From positions 5,952,001-6,016,000 of the forward strand of contig NC_092680.1 in NCBI RefSeq assembly GCF_964355755.1: a DNA stretch of 64,000 nucleotides, read 5' to 3'. The stretch comes from Antedon mediterranea (Eukaryota; Animalia; Echinodermata). Position numbers and translations under genes: made by a program. Positions 25,701-39,900 of this stretch are shown piece by piece. Numbering within the stretch: position 1 is the stretch's first letter; each line of letters opens with the position of its first letter. The notes beneath the pieces were generated by a model. The model was given only the letters and a program-made list of their open reading frames with translations. It did not search any database and was not told the DNA's origin.

Positions 25701-28700
25701 TTTAGATCCTTATTTGATATCATCATAATAGCCAGATTGTATTTTCAGTATTTTTCTTGGGCCAGTCATCATTTATGAAACTGACCGTTCAATTGTAATG
25801 AACACAAACTATTTTGTAACTCTCCTAGAAAGTAACTTTAATGGTAAAGCAATGTTTTTGAGGACAGTTCTATATAGCACATTACCCGTCCATAAATAAT
25901 ATATAATAATAGTACAATATTATAATATAAAACGCCTGATATTTGATAGGTGAACGTATTCTTCATAAAAGACTCTTTAATTACATTATTATCACTTAAT
26001 TATTAATATTAATATATAATCAAAAATCTCTTCTTTGATTGCTATGGAAACTGAAATTTCATTGTGAACGTGCCATTTGAAATTTAGTATAATTTTATTT
26101 ATTGAATTAGGCAAGTAGGTCTTGTATGGACATTCACCTATCCATATTCTTTTGTCGGTTAAAGTATAACAATACTATTACCTTTTTTTTTGTAAGGTTT
26201 GAAATTACAATTAATGGTGTTTTAAGCTATGAAAAATGCTGCTTTCATTTCCTACATAGAAGCATTTAATTCCCAGCGTATGTAAATGAAATTGCTCGGG
26301 AGATTTTAACCAAAATACCTATAAATCTACTTAAAGTTAAGAGGTCTGAAGCTTAACTGGATAACGACAAAATATATCATATATTTTTTTACATCAGCCA
26401 ACGTTTATACAAATGCATACAATCGAAGCTCTTTTGAGTAATTCGTGCAACAGATAAAAAGAAATTATGCATCGTTATTAGGTCGCACAGCACGCACATC
26501 CAATTCACCGTTTAAAGATGTGCATGTGAGTATAGTTGTGTTGAGAAAGAATCGGTACTTTAATAGACTGTTTCCGTCTATTGATTGAGTCTGTTCTGCT
26601 TTTGTTTATACTGACACATTTGATCATATTGATTTGCCAGCCAAAGTCACTGCGGAGTGCTACCTATTTATTTTTGGATGAGTCCATTATCTAGTTAATG
26701 TCATCTTTATCTTAAAGACGAGTGAACGTTAAATACTCTTCAGTGTTTTTTACTTGCATCTGCTCAAGTGCATATTAGTATTATGTAGTAGGAATAAAAT
26801 ATTGCCATTTCTTCAGTCACAAGCGGATATTAACTGTAGAAATATCTTGGTATTTTGTGTATCAACTGAAATAGAATGTTGAGGTTCGTCGGTCCATATG
26901 TTTCGGTAGATTATGATGTGAAAATTGTCGTGGATGGTAAGTTATTTCTATAGAATTTTACAGATTTGATATAGACTAGGATAATAATGATATACCAATA
27001 TATAGTATAGTTACGTTTAAATACAACGATATATTTATATTGACAAGTTGTTGATTTAAGGGTGAGAATTAAAAACTACAAAACAATGTACATGCAGTAT
27101 ATAGTAAAAATATTAATACATTTTTATATATATTTTAAATATTATGTAATACTTTATTTTATACATAATTTAAACAAACAATGTACATGAATATAGTATA
27201 TTGTTGTAATATAATACATTTTTATATAAAAAGTATATAATAATGTAAATTATAATATATACTTTATTATAAACAGTGTAAACACAGTGTATGAATAAAA
27301 TTTGCACATTCCATTTCCTGAATAAAAGGAAGAATACATAAAAAAATTGTTCATAATGAGTCGTACAAGGCTACACATACATTATCTTACAGACTCCAAA
27401 ACCATACACATCATACGCCTTAAGGATAGACCTTAACTATGTACTGTATGTCCTGAAGTATATGTTTAAACAATAATAAATAATGATTTATTTTTTGTAC
27501 ATTTATGGTTTAAAAATACACTGAGCAAAACAACCCAATATCGTATTTTAGTTAAATCATTTATTTTCTGCTGTTCCTTGTTTAATCGTTCCTAGCCTAA
27601 ATCTTCAAATACATATGAGAATTTATATGAAAAATGTCTTATAATAACGATTATGTTATATCATGTGTACTGTATACTTTAAAGACGTTTGGCGTTTATA
27701 TATCTCCTTCAGGCGCTCATTTATAATGAATGTCCTTTTTGATTTATCATTTATACCATCATAAATGTCCTTAAGCTATATTTTATCAGATTTAAATGAG
27801 AGTATTTTCTAGGTTGTATAATACACGTTCTTTCAGTAATCACAATTGAAGATTTACACAATGATCAAGCAAGCATATTCATAATACCCGTGGATAACAT
27901 TACTTTAATGACAGGGTGCGTGTTTTCTTCTAAGTTTCAACCTACGTCATTCATTAACTTTACAGTCGTCTCATGTTTCTTTGAAATGGGAATTTGACTA
28001 AGAGCATGGTATATATGACGAGGATGTTACCCAATTAAGATTACTATCCATTAATACCCAAATTAGACAAATAGTATAAGAAAATTGTAGTTTTTTATAT
28101 ATACTGTACCCAGGAGTATTGCGTTGGAGTGCTTTAAGACCGTAAGGAAAAACACATTTAGATATTCAAATGTTTAGTGTTCCATAACCATAACCTTGTA
28201 GCCCAGGTAGTAAAATAAATTATTTTATAGTTGGATTTTTATTTTCTCCTTCAATGATAAGCATATAGCATATCCATTTGCAACATGCATGAGATGTCAT
28301 GCACATGATTCCATACCAAATTTAAACTTCTACCAATCGGCATGATTTCATACTTATATTGTGTGTAACACTAGAAATAAATTAAAATTCTTCAGATAAG
28401 TCATTTAATTCCAGGTTTTTACCTACCTATTATTCCAGTTGTCTTTTAATCAAATAATTTTAATTATGTATTCATCAAAATCAATCCCCCAAACAACTAA
28501 ACCTAACCTCCATATGTTATCTGTACGCACTAAAATTCACTGAGTATTAAAACATAAACCAGGTATTAAACACATACATAAACCAGGGAGTCAGGGAGTT
28601 GTAAAATAATTTTACAACTCTCTACATAAACACTAGTCTAACCATTTGCTAACCACAGCTGGTGAATACAAGTTTTATTGTCTTTTGTCCTGATTCATGA

Positions 28701-31700
28701 ATAATTCATTAGGCAAATACCACCAGGGATGAAAAATCCAACAATTATTCCATAATTTTTTCCCTAATTTTCCCCAAGTGAAACAAAAAGTCAAGGTAAT
28801 AGTAACTTATACTTATATTTGAAAGAAATTGTTGCAAGGAATGTGTATTCATTACATGAGTTGAATAGAGAAAATATTTTCATGAGTTGAAAAATTGATT
28901 TATTTTTCCCATCATGCAATATTCAGGCACACAATGTTGTTACACAAAAATTACCAAATTCTGATTGTGCAATAGTACCTTTAAAATGGGAGGAAAAAAA
29001 TACATAACTTTATCAACCAATCAAATTACAAGGATAGCTTTGGGTTTCTAAAATACTATAGTTCAAATTTTTATACAAATTACGTATTTTTTTATATTTC
29101 GTATTCCAGGTAATACAATGTTACACAAAAATTACAAAATTTATTTTAAAATCTGAGTGTGCAATAGTACCTTTAAAATGGGAGGAAAAAATGACTTCAA
29201 TCAACCAATCAAATTACAAGATTACTTTTATGTTTCTAAAATATTATTAGTTCAAAATTCTATATACATATTTACCACGTTTTGAAACATTAATCTTGTA
29301 TGGATATTAAATAACATCAACAAATGAGAAAATGATGAAATGATGAAATTAATATGCAATAGTGCAGAAAATTTGTATATGGCCGAGTTCATCATGCAAT
29401 ATTCAGCTGTATTGCACAAAAATTACAAAACTTATTCAAAAATCGGATTGTGCAATAGTACCTTTAAAATGGGAAAAAAAAACTGAAAACAAAATGATTT
29501 TTGGAACCAATAAAATTGCAAGGAATACATTTGTGTTTCCAAAATATTATAGTTCAAAATTCTATATACAAATTACATATTTACCACGTTTTGAAACATT
29601 AATTTAATCTTGTAGGGATATTAAATAACATCAACAAATGAGAAAATGATGAAATTTAAATGCACTAGTGCAGAAAATTTGTATAATGGCCGAGATCATC
29701 TACTATTCATGTTTTAACAAACTACAGACTCTAACATTAATTTAGAATTGCTAATTTAATTCCACTGGGAATTAATTAAATTAAATTTGAAACATAATAC
29801 CATGTTAAGGCAAAAGTTGTAATTGAAGTTTCTATGCTGACTTTTTATCACGTCTCGAGATTGCGTATAGATTTACGTCGACTCTTACGAATTGACTTGA
29901 TTATTTAACGGAATCTGCTGTTGAAATAGTGTGGTTATTCGCTATTGCAGGTGATGTAGATTATTAACACATGATTTATTTCTCGAGCTTTGTTAGCGGT
30001 GTTAAATCTGCACATATAATACAAGTGAGCTCGTTTACCAGATTTCTCCTCGTATCTTGTTTACTATGCAAATTTATCTCGGACTGAAGTTATATTTTCT
30101 GCAAAATTTGACATTAGGTTGTACAAAAATGTTTTTGCATTTTATTTGTTGTTCCTGTATAATAACTTTTTCACACTCTTCAACATCTATAAGCACACCT
30201 TGCAACACATATTGTTCAACAAGTGTGAAGGTGTGGTGAGAAATATCCTGTATATATCCAAAGTCACTGCTGTACTAAGACTGATACTTCATTAATGAAA
30301 TATTATTTAATGATTTAGCTGCATTGTGTATGTACTTGATTGATCTGTGGTTATTAGGGAAATATGCATAGTGAGTATTGTACAACTGTAGTGTAGGTTC
30401 AGGTCTGACAAAATTAGTATGTACATAGTTTAGTTGTATAGATATTCATTTTCTTTAAATGTGAAAACTTGTTTTGATACTATTTGTACCATACTATTAT
30501 TAGTTAATTATACATTTCAATGTTTGGTTAAAACTCTGTCTACACTATAAAAATTTATGTGACACAAAGAGTGATGTGCTCATATTTGAAAATGTCATAT
30601 CACTACCATATTTGGCATATTGCACTTTTTTTTTGTCGAACTAGTTTGATAGTGTAGACAGATCTTTAAGAGTAAATTGAGCTTGATTTTAAGATACCAT
30701 GAATACAATGTAAAATCTTAACAGAAGTACAGTTAACATATCAGATGTTCCCTACTTTTATCATAATGAAAATTATTATTATGTAACATTACACATATTA
30801 TTAATAATAAAAATAAGAAATAAAATTGCTAATTAAAAATGTCAAAATACATTTGTATTTTATTATAATATCTGAATAGTTACCAAAATAAAGCCATGGA
30901 TAAAAAAACTTGATAAGCCAAGCTGATTGACAATCTCGTTTGCATATTAATAAAGCTGGTAGTGTTTGTATACAGAGTGTGCTCACTCTTAGCAGTTCAG
31001 CACATCATAAAACACTAACATCCACGTTGTTACCATATGGCACTGTAGACTATGGCATGGATTCTATTCAGAAATTTGGTAAGAATAATATATGATACTG
31101 TGACGGAACTGTTTGAATAATATTACATAAATCATATTAAAACAGGTTGATATTGTATCAATGTTTAAATTATTTTTAATGAATTTTTATTATTTTGTTT
31201 TATTTAATTTCTTTTATTTAAAATAATAATATAACTATTATATTATTATATTATTATTATTAATAATAATAATAATATAATAATATAATAGACAATATTA
31301 TCCAAAATAGTATTAGGGATATATTAAACACAAAGAAAAGTAATTTTACCTTTGAAATTGAATTTATTTTTTAGTACTTGTAGAGCTCTGCGATTACAAT
31401 GTCTATATTGATATTACTGTAGTATTATCTGTCACATTAGATTGACTATTTACCATATCCAGAGGAGCAAGAGCAGTCAGTTGCTCATGTAGAATGTTCT
31501 TCTTCTGTAGGAGCCACCCCTACCCCCTTTAAAACATTCAGTGATTGTTAATAATAATTCATTCTTATATAGCGCTCTACAAGCAAGCTTCTCTGAACGC
31601 TGAACATTATTACCCCAGTCATATTTGGATCAAACACATATGGAAACATACTCCCATAATGCAGCTAGTAATCAGTGCAAAGTTGTGTCTTGATCTAACC

Positions 31701-34700
31701 GGGTACCTATTTATACACCTGGGTGGAGAGAGGCAAACGTAAGTAAAGTATCTTGCCTAAGGATACAAGCAATGCGGCGAGAGTTGGATTCGAACCTCGG
31801 TCTCACGATCAGTAGTCCAACGTCCAACACCCTGCGCCACACGCCACACAGGCTCTAATTTCAATGCAATTCTCATTTAAATAGAAATAAAATTAATTTT
31901 TAAGCAGTTTTGGTATCAGTATATCAACTTCCCCTGTCTTGAAGTGACTTCGTAATTAATGCCACTTCTATCTAACATTATTTATGTTCATTCCTGTTTA
32001 GTACAGTATAGTAGTAACGTAAAGATGAATGATATCAATTAAAATTTAATCATAATTTATAAGTAATCCAAAATAGAGAAACAAATTTTAATTTTTTTTT
32101 TTTTTTAAATACTGTATGAACAATATAACATTTGAATGATTGCGTAGCAAAGTCGCACCTCTGTATAAATTCAGTTGGCTTTATTATTATTTACCTGAAG
32201 TATTATTACTTTATGCAATTTCATCTTGTTATCAGCTTTGATTGATATTTTTAGTATCAGCTGTTCCAATATCACAATACAATACCCACGTCATTATGAT
32301 GCTTTTGTTACCCATGGATTCATCCATCTTAAAATGTAAATACATAATACTTGTCTGCTGCAATAATAACATATTAAAAACGTGACTACAAGAAATAAAA
32401 CCTGATATAATAAAATCCAATTTTCCCATAATTTTCTGCTTAAAGATTTTCCTTTTATTTCAAAGCTATTTTGAAAGTGATTTTATGTAAAGCTCTTTCT
32501 ACACTATCAAGCTTTATGTGACAACAAAATGTAGTGTGCCCATATATGGACATGATGATGTCATATCACTACCATATTTGGGCATATATTACTACCATAT
32601 TTGGACACATCACACTTTTTTGTCAGACTAATTTGTGTAGTGTTATATTCTTTGGTTGTTATCCTAGTGGTTTTTGCTCTTGGAACTAGTATAAATAGCC
32701 CCCTCTACATTCAGGCAGCCAAACATGATTTTTCTTAAACATATGCAATTTAACATGTGAATTATAAGCCTATTATGTTGAAAGATGGCGGTGTTTTAAA
32801 TCTGTGCTTCCTAGGTTAGAAAATCGTAAAGGAAATGGCTGTCTACTACAGGAAGTTGAGTCCATTTTATGCACAGGGAGATTCATACTAAACTAATTAA
32901 TTAATCTTCATTAAATAATGTTATGATTCCGTCTCATCTATGCATTTAATTTATAATAAATTCATGACTATAACGATAATTTTATAGCAATCTGTTATTT
33001 GTTTTATTTCAATATTTTAATTAGGAATAAGTCGTAGAATTCTTATTTCTCTCCCTGTGTTGATAATCATTTAAGATAACTGAATCCCTCGTTTGAGTAA
33101 TTATTTCATGGTATTACTCAAGTTGATTGTTTGGTTGGAATTTGCCATGACTTCCAAGACCCTTCCGACCCAAGACCATCAGTTTGTTCTTCATTTTCAG
33201 TGTCGTAAAAGACCAGGAGGTATAAAAACAAACTTGTTGATTCGTATCTAAACCGGTAAATAATTTCTGTGTGTATGTTTGCCTGGTAATATTTTTATTG
33301 GATTTTATAGTTGTCAGTTTTATTTGGGGATGTTACACCCTGAAGTCGATTTAGAAGTGTGTAGCTATCTTAGCATAACAGGTACTTCCTTAATGTTATT
33401 TTGATCTCAAACAATTCACAAATGTAGGCCTATTCAGACCTACTACAGTGTACTCAATTTTCCTTTCTGTTGTACACAACATACAACTCCATAGTTGAAA
33501 AGTTGACGTAACTTAAATATTTTTTGTTTCAATACGAAAGCTCAAGGTACCAAATTTTGGTACAACAAATTGCGTTTTCATCTCCAGTAAACCATCATCC
33601 TATTATTATTTTAATTTTTAAATGTAGAATCTTGATAATGTATTCACATCCTCGATAACATGTTATGTTAAGTTGCTGAAAATATTATCAATAAATTATT
33701 ATAAATTATCAGTAAATAATATATCACCCTTGATTGATAAATGATTGATTGGATGCATGCAATATACCCAATAGACTTTAACACCGCCTTAATGGCTAGC
33801 TCTACAATAAAATCAGCACGCAAACCTCTTATTATGAATGCTGGTAGCCTGATAAAACTCATTGCCGATAATTAAGTGCCTGTCTTACTAAAGGCAGTAC
33901 AGTAGGATTTATTTCGCAGAATTAATTCCCGAGTTGTTTCATACGTGGTGTACAAAGTGAATTGTATCGTCGTTATTCTGGTCAAAGCAACGCTGAGCTA
34001 TCATGCGTTAATCAGTTAGTGTTGACGGTCGTTTACACGTTTGTAAGCGAAACTCTGAAATCCCTAGGAGCTACACATTGTTGACAATGATTACTGACTT
34101 GTTCAGTCATTAGGTTTGGGCTCTGTGAAAATGGAGATAAAACATGGCAGGCAAAAAACATATGCTACAGTTAAGTGTTGGTAAACGCTATAATGTTACT
34201 TGTTTCATAGCTGGTAAGCTTTTCAACTTATTGATGTTTCAGTTTTGTTTTTTATTTATAGTGATATTTTAGCAAGCTGTTGTTTCCAGGTTTTTGTAAA
34301 ACTAAAGCATTACATTACTTACATCATCTTTGGATAACTGTTTAATAGTTGAAAATAATAGAAATTTAAGTGTACAAGATAAAAACTTTTTCTGTAAAGA
34401 AACAAAATGTAATCATTTTTAGAAAGGTCATTTACTACCATTGCTACTTCTCGAGTTTTGCTCCCATTTGCCATTGGTGAATAAAGCATTATGATTTAAA
34501 TAGTTTTCCAGCTGTTTGACAACAAAATAATTACTGTATTGAACATTTTCATAATTTATAATAGCAATATAGGTTATAACAATTAAATTATATTGTAGTA
34601 GTTTTTTTTAAACAGTAATATAAAAAGCAACAGAAACCAAAGTAGAAAATGAAACATTATATAATATTAAACAACAATACAAATTACTAAACTAAACTAG

Positions 34701-36929
34701 ATAAGAATCAATCAGCTAGCCATGGCATGTTATTTACCAATTTTTGATATATTCAATTTTCTGATAAGAAAGAAAGTCATATTAAACTTGTGTTATACTA
34801 TAATTTTATAAATAAAAAACTATTGGTATGATATTTTGAATGTTGTATTATTTATGTGAGGATACAGTACAAGCCAAGAATAATAAAACATGTTAAGCTA
34901 TGTCTACACTATCAAACTAATCTGACAAAAAAGTGTGATGTGCCCAAATATGATAGTGATATGCCCAAATATGGTAGTGATATGTCCAAATGGTAGAGTG
35001 ATATGACACATCACATTTTTTGTCACATAAAGTTTGATAGTGTAGACAGAGCTTTAAAGACAAAAAAAAGTATCTACAGTATTAATAATATGGAGAGTTT
35101 TACTTTGATTGCAGTGAATGAATTATGATACACAGCCTTCAGCTTTCACTCAAGTGAATTGGTTCTGGTTAAAGTACTTTTGTACTTAAAATAATATTAA
35201 AATGTGAAATAATATGTATATTAATTCTTGGGAATGTACTGTGAAAATTTGTAATTAACGCACACATTCACAACACACAAATGCCAATCTTTACATATTA
35301 TATTAGCTATACTCATGTCGATAAAAAGGGTTTAATTTATTTAATGTCATTATATGGTACAATACTTTTAAGCTCTCTCTACACTATCAAACTCTATGTA
35401 ACAAAAAAATGTGATGTGCCCATATATGGACATGATGATGTCATCTCACTACCATATTTGAGCATCACTACCATATTTGGGCACATCACACTTTTTTTGT
35501 CAAACTAATTTGATAGTGTAGACAAAGCTTTAGAGCACTTTAATGTGAGGATGATAAGGATATTGATTGGTTAATGTATCTGGAGATAAACCCCAAGGAT
35601 AGTGACCTTTTCATACAGTATGAACTCGCTGTATTTAGTACTTAAAATATGCACTTTTGTAAAATTATTCATTAAACAATATCAATACAAAAGTGGAAAA
35701 TGGATATTTAAATTTTTAAACTTAGTGCAATTAGGAAAATGATGCATTTCCATTTGAAGTTGGGTTGATTAAAATGATTTCGAACTCTTATGAAGTAATT
35801 TTTAATGTTTGATTTTTCATATTGAAAATGTAATGTTATGTTACAAAATGGGTTTTTCATAGCTATCTAGTTTTCATGTTTGTGCCTTCTTATTGGTACT
35901 GTAGTCTATTTAGTATCTATTTTACATAGCATAAGCGCGATGGGCTATAACCGATTTTCGGTAATGTTTCTATAATTTTTAGGCAAATTTCTTGATAGAG
36001 TATCTGTAGGCCTACTGTATACATAAATAAAGCTCTATCTAATACTATCAAGCTAGTTTGACAAAATTTGCACAAATATGGTAGTGATATTCCCAAATAT
36101 AGTAGTGATATTACATTATCATGTCCATATATGGGCACATCACATTTTTTTGTCACATAAAGTGTGATAGTGTAGACAGCTTTAAACCATCGCGTGTCCC
36201 AATTTAATCATTGGCACCGTAGCCTGAAAATGATTATTGCATTTACTGGCTTGCATCTAAACCAGGCTTATGCTATGTATAATATAGTGGTGATGGTGGT
36301 AATGAATTGGTAATTTGTAGTTTCATGGTGATGTGTTTGTTTTGTGTTATATTATTAAAGGAACTTAAATAAACATTTCAACTTTTATTGGTGGTGGTGG
36401 TTTAATTTATAGAATAGTTGTAGAATACATTTGTTATTTGTAAATATTTCTAATTATTCTTAAAGTTTATTTTTAAATTACTATAAGAAGTTACGCTCTC
36501 TAGAGTGTAACTTTTATTGTTTGCTTCAGATTTTTATTACATTCCCCACCTTTGTTTTAATTTAGTTTTAAACTCTGTAAATGTTAATGTCAGTTGAACT
36601 AGATTTATACCATTATCGTATTTCAGAATACTTTCACAAATTATCTATTTGAATGTGCATAATGTTTACCAATAATGTTATGAATATTCATAAAATATGG
36701 TAATTTTTTTATCTTCGTAGCTCGTGGACCACATGATGAAGCAGCTCTTACAAAAGGGATTATCTACCCAGCCGCCTACCTAGGCTCAACTCAGCTGTTG
36801 ACAACCAAGACGCCTACTAAGAAGGTGCGGATGCAACAGGCACAAGAAGCTGTTGGCAGGATAAAGGTGAGGCCTAGCATTTTAACGACATTAATACTCT
36901 ACGGTACATGTAAACTGTTCAAGTTTTGT

Positions 36930-36960
<31 letters not shown>

Positions 36961-39900
36961 TTTATTCGGCAAAAGTTCATAAAGTACATTTTACAATTCA
37001 TCTTGCCAGGAGCAAGTAATAGGCATGAGCCCAAACAGAAAACTGCTCTTACTCCATCATTACTTATAAAATACAAAAATAACAAAACTAAGTAGCACAA
37101 ATTAAGTCAAAATAAAACAAAACAAAACAAAGTTATAATGAGATACATCAATTAAAAATAAGCTGCATTGAATAAACAATATAAACAATTACAACTTAAT
37201 ATTTTGAGATCAAATGTTTGGTGAGTTGGGCTTTATGGTGACATAATCTTGAATGTCTTCTGATGGAACCCAGTGGCTCGTTCGTGTCTTCTTCTAACCT
37301 CTCTATAGAAAAAAAACATACTTGTGGGTGATGACAAATTGAACAAAACAATTTCAACAAATTGTCTTTTGTGATCGTTATTATTAAGCCATTAGAATAG
37401 TGCACATTGGACTTTATAAGTAATAATAAGATGCTTAAGTATAATAACCATAAACTTGATGGTCCAAATCTCTATTGTTGTTAATTAAGTTTCTTCGAAA
37501 TCTAATCTAATTATTTTGCTACAGTATTCCAACTATTATACATACAGTATGCTTCTATGTTGCAACTACCCTTATCACTTTGTACAACGTATTGAGCATG
37601 ATCATGTAAGGTAGTGCTGCTATATGGCATCCATGATAATCCCAAGTTTCAGTGTTTAATTCTGACTGACTTTATCATGGTTTTAACTCTGTTTCTACTC
37701 CACTTCCTAGGCCTCAAATGAGATTTAGTAAGCACTGTTACTTGCTGCTGGATATGACCAAAAATAACAAAAAGAAAAACATCATTTTTCATAGATGACA
37801 ATCTATATTATTATTACCATACCAGGTTGCTTTTCAATTTGCTGAATTACACAAGAAAAAAGCTGGCAACTACAGTTAATTTATTATTTCACACAGATCT
37901 AAATGTTAACTTCCAGTTTGGTTTTAAAAAAAGTTTTAGAAGCATGCTGTATTGTAATGTAATTTATTACATTTTTAACATTGCGTTCAATAGTGCATAC
38001 TATTGCACGCCATGTGACCCACAATCAACCAATCAAATGACAGGAATTTATTTAGGGGTTATATAATATACATTATATAGGTCTTAATGGGATTTAATAA
38101 TTAATCACGTAATATTCAACATAAGCATACGGACAAATTTACTTTAGGAGATATTTAGGTTCGAGTACTAACTAGCAATGCCATAGCTATGACAGTTATA
38201 TATTAGAGCTTAAGGCGTCCACATTTTGGGTTAAAAATGATTAGCCTAGTTGCTGTAGCTGAAAATAAGCTGAATAAAATTATACTGTGACAATCATGTA
38301 AAGTATTTAAGAGTAAAAACACAAAAAGATGCTATTCTGGGGTGGAAGCTGTATGCTCTGAAATTTTAGTTTTACTGTACACAGTAGTATAGTAGTAGTA
38401 GTAGATACTGTAAATAGGTCCATACTTTTGTATACTGATATTTTTAAAACTACTGTAATTTGTGTGCGTGTAACAACTTTTATCTCCCCTATCGCTTCAT
38501 GTAGATGGCTCCAAATGGGCTCATCTGTCTGTCCGATGACAGTGGCTGAGTTAAACTAGTACATCAGGGTGTTCCCCCACCCTCCCTATTCTTCCAAAAT
38601 GATGCACTGGGTTTTTTTAAAGTGCACATGAGTTGTATGTACCCTAGACCTCAACTTTCTTATTTGAGATGAATTGATCTACCACCAGAACTATGGTCGA
38701 GGAGAGGCTGGAAACCTGTACACATTTTATGGATACTAATTGCGGTTTGAAAGCTGATTGGTTTTCATAATGTACAATATTAATTATATCTGATGCATAA
38801 AGTATTAAAAATTATATTACAAAGAGTTATACATATTGTTCATTAAGGTGTAGTGTTAATTTACCTGTACACTGTATTGCAGTAAATGATTAACTTTCTT
38901 TCAGTCATTACTAAAGCCATAGCTGAATATTGTTTGATAAATGTCATCATAATTTTCATAAATTATTCTTTCGTTTATAAATTTTTATAGCAATTAACCT
39001 TTCTAATGTAAAGTGTTTTGCTAAAGCTTTTGAGGTTTTTCTAAAACATTATTCAATTCCTCAGAGTAAACGGTTGTCATAAATACTCTACATTACAAAT
39101 TTTAATTATATTTTAAATTAACTGCGCATTTTGAGGTCTGCTTTATTGATTTTTATTAAGGTTATTACCATTTTACATAATTTCATATTACAGATATTGT
39201 GTTTTTTAAAAATATTTTTATACTTAATTTTGAGCTTCTTACTAAATTACAAAACTGTTCAAGCTTTCAAAAGATTGTTTTTGCCACTTTTAGGAGAGTA
39301 GTGCTTGGGTCATCCGCTTCTCCTATGACCATTCGTTCTACTGGCATATTATGCAATAAACACACACACACATTTCTTTGTATAAAACCATCATCCACTC
39401 ACCAAATTTGGAATTGGTTTCTAAATATCTTTTCAATGCAGGTATTTGACCTATTGTAACAATAATCAAACATATATATATTGCTCCAAAGGCATTGTGA
39501 TAATTCCGTATGAGTCTTTCAATTAATTTTAAATGAATCAAAAGTGGGTGAATGCTTGACAGAGGTGGGTTCCAAAGAGATGAAGCAACAAATGAAAAAT
39601 GGCGTCCAACGTTTCATTTCATGTATTGCACATATTATTTGTATCGTCGGGGCCCTCAACTTTGCGCTGATTACTAGCTGCATTATTGTGGCAGTACTGT
39701 ATGTTTCCATACGTGTTTGATCCAAAAAATGACCCGGGTAAAAATGTGCATCGCATTGAGAGCTTGATTTTATATGCGCTATACTGTAAGAATGAACCAT
39801 TATTATTATTGTTATAACTGAATAAATGTGTATGAATATATATTTTTTTATTTATTTTTTTATTTTTTTATTAACAACTATATTTAATGAGGGTGATCCA

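Noticed and set aside
37711-37727. Possible microexon cctag|GCCTCAAATGAGATTTA|gtaagc
   Set aside because: 17 nt would frameshift the PTB domain and I found no compensating partner. It could only be a poison or terminal exon, so it was not called.
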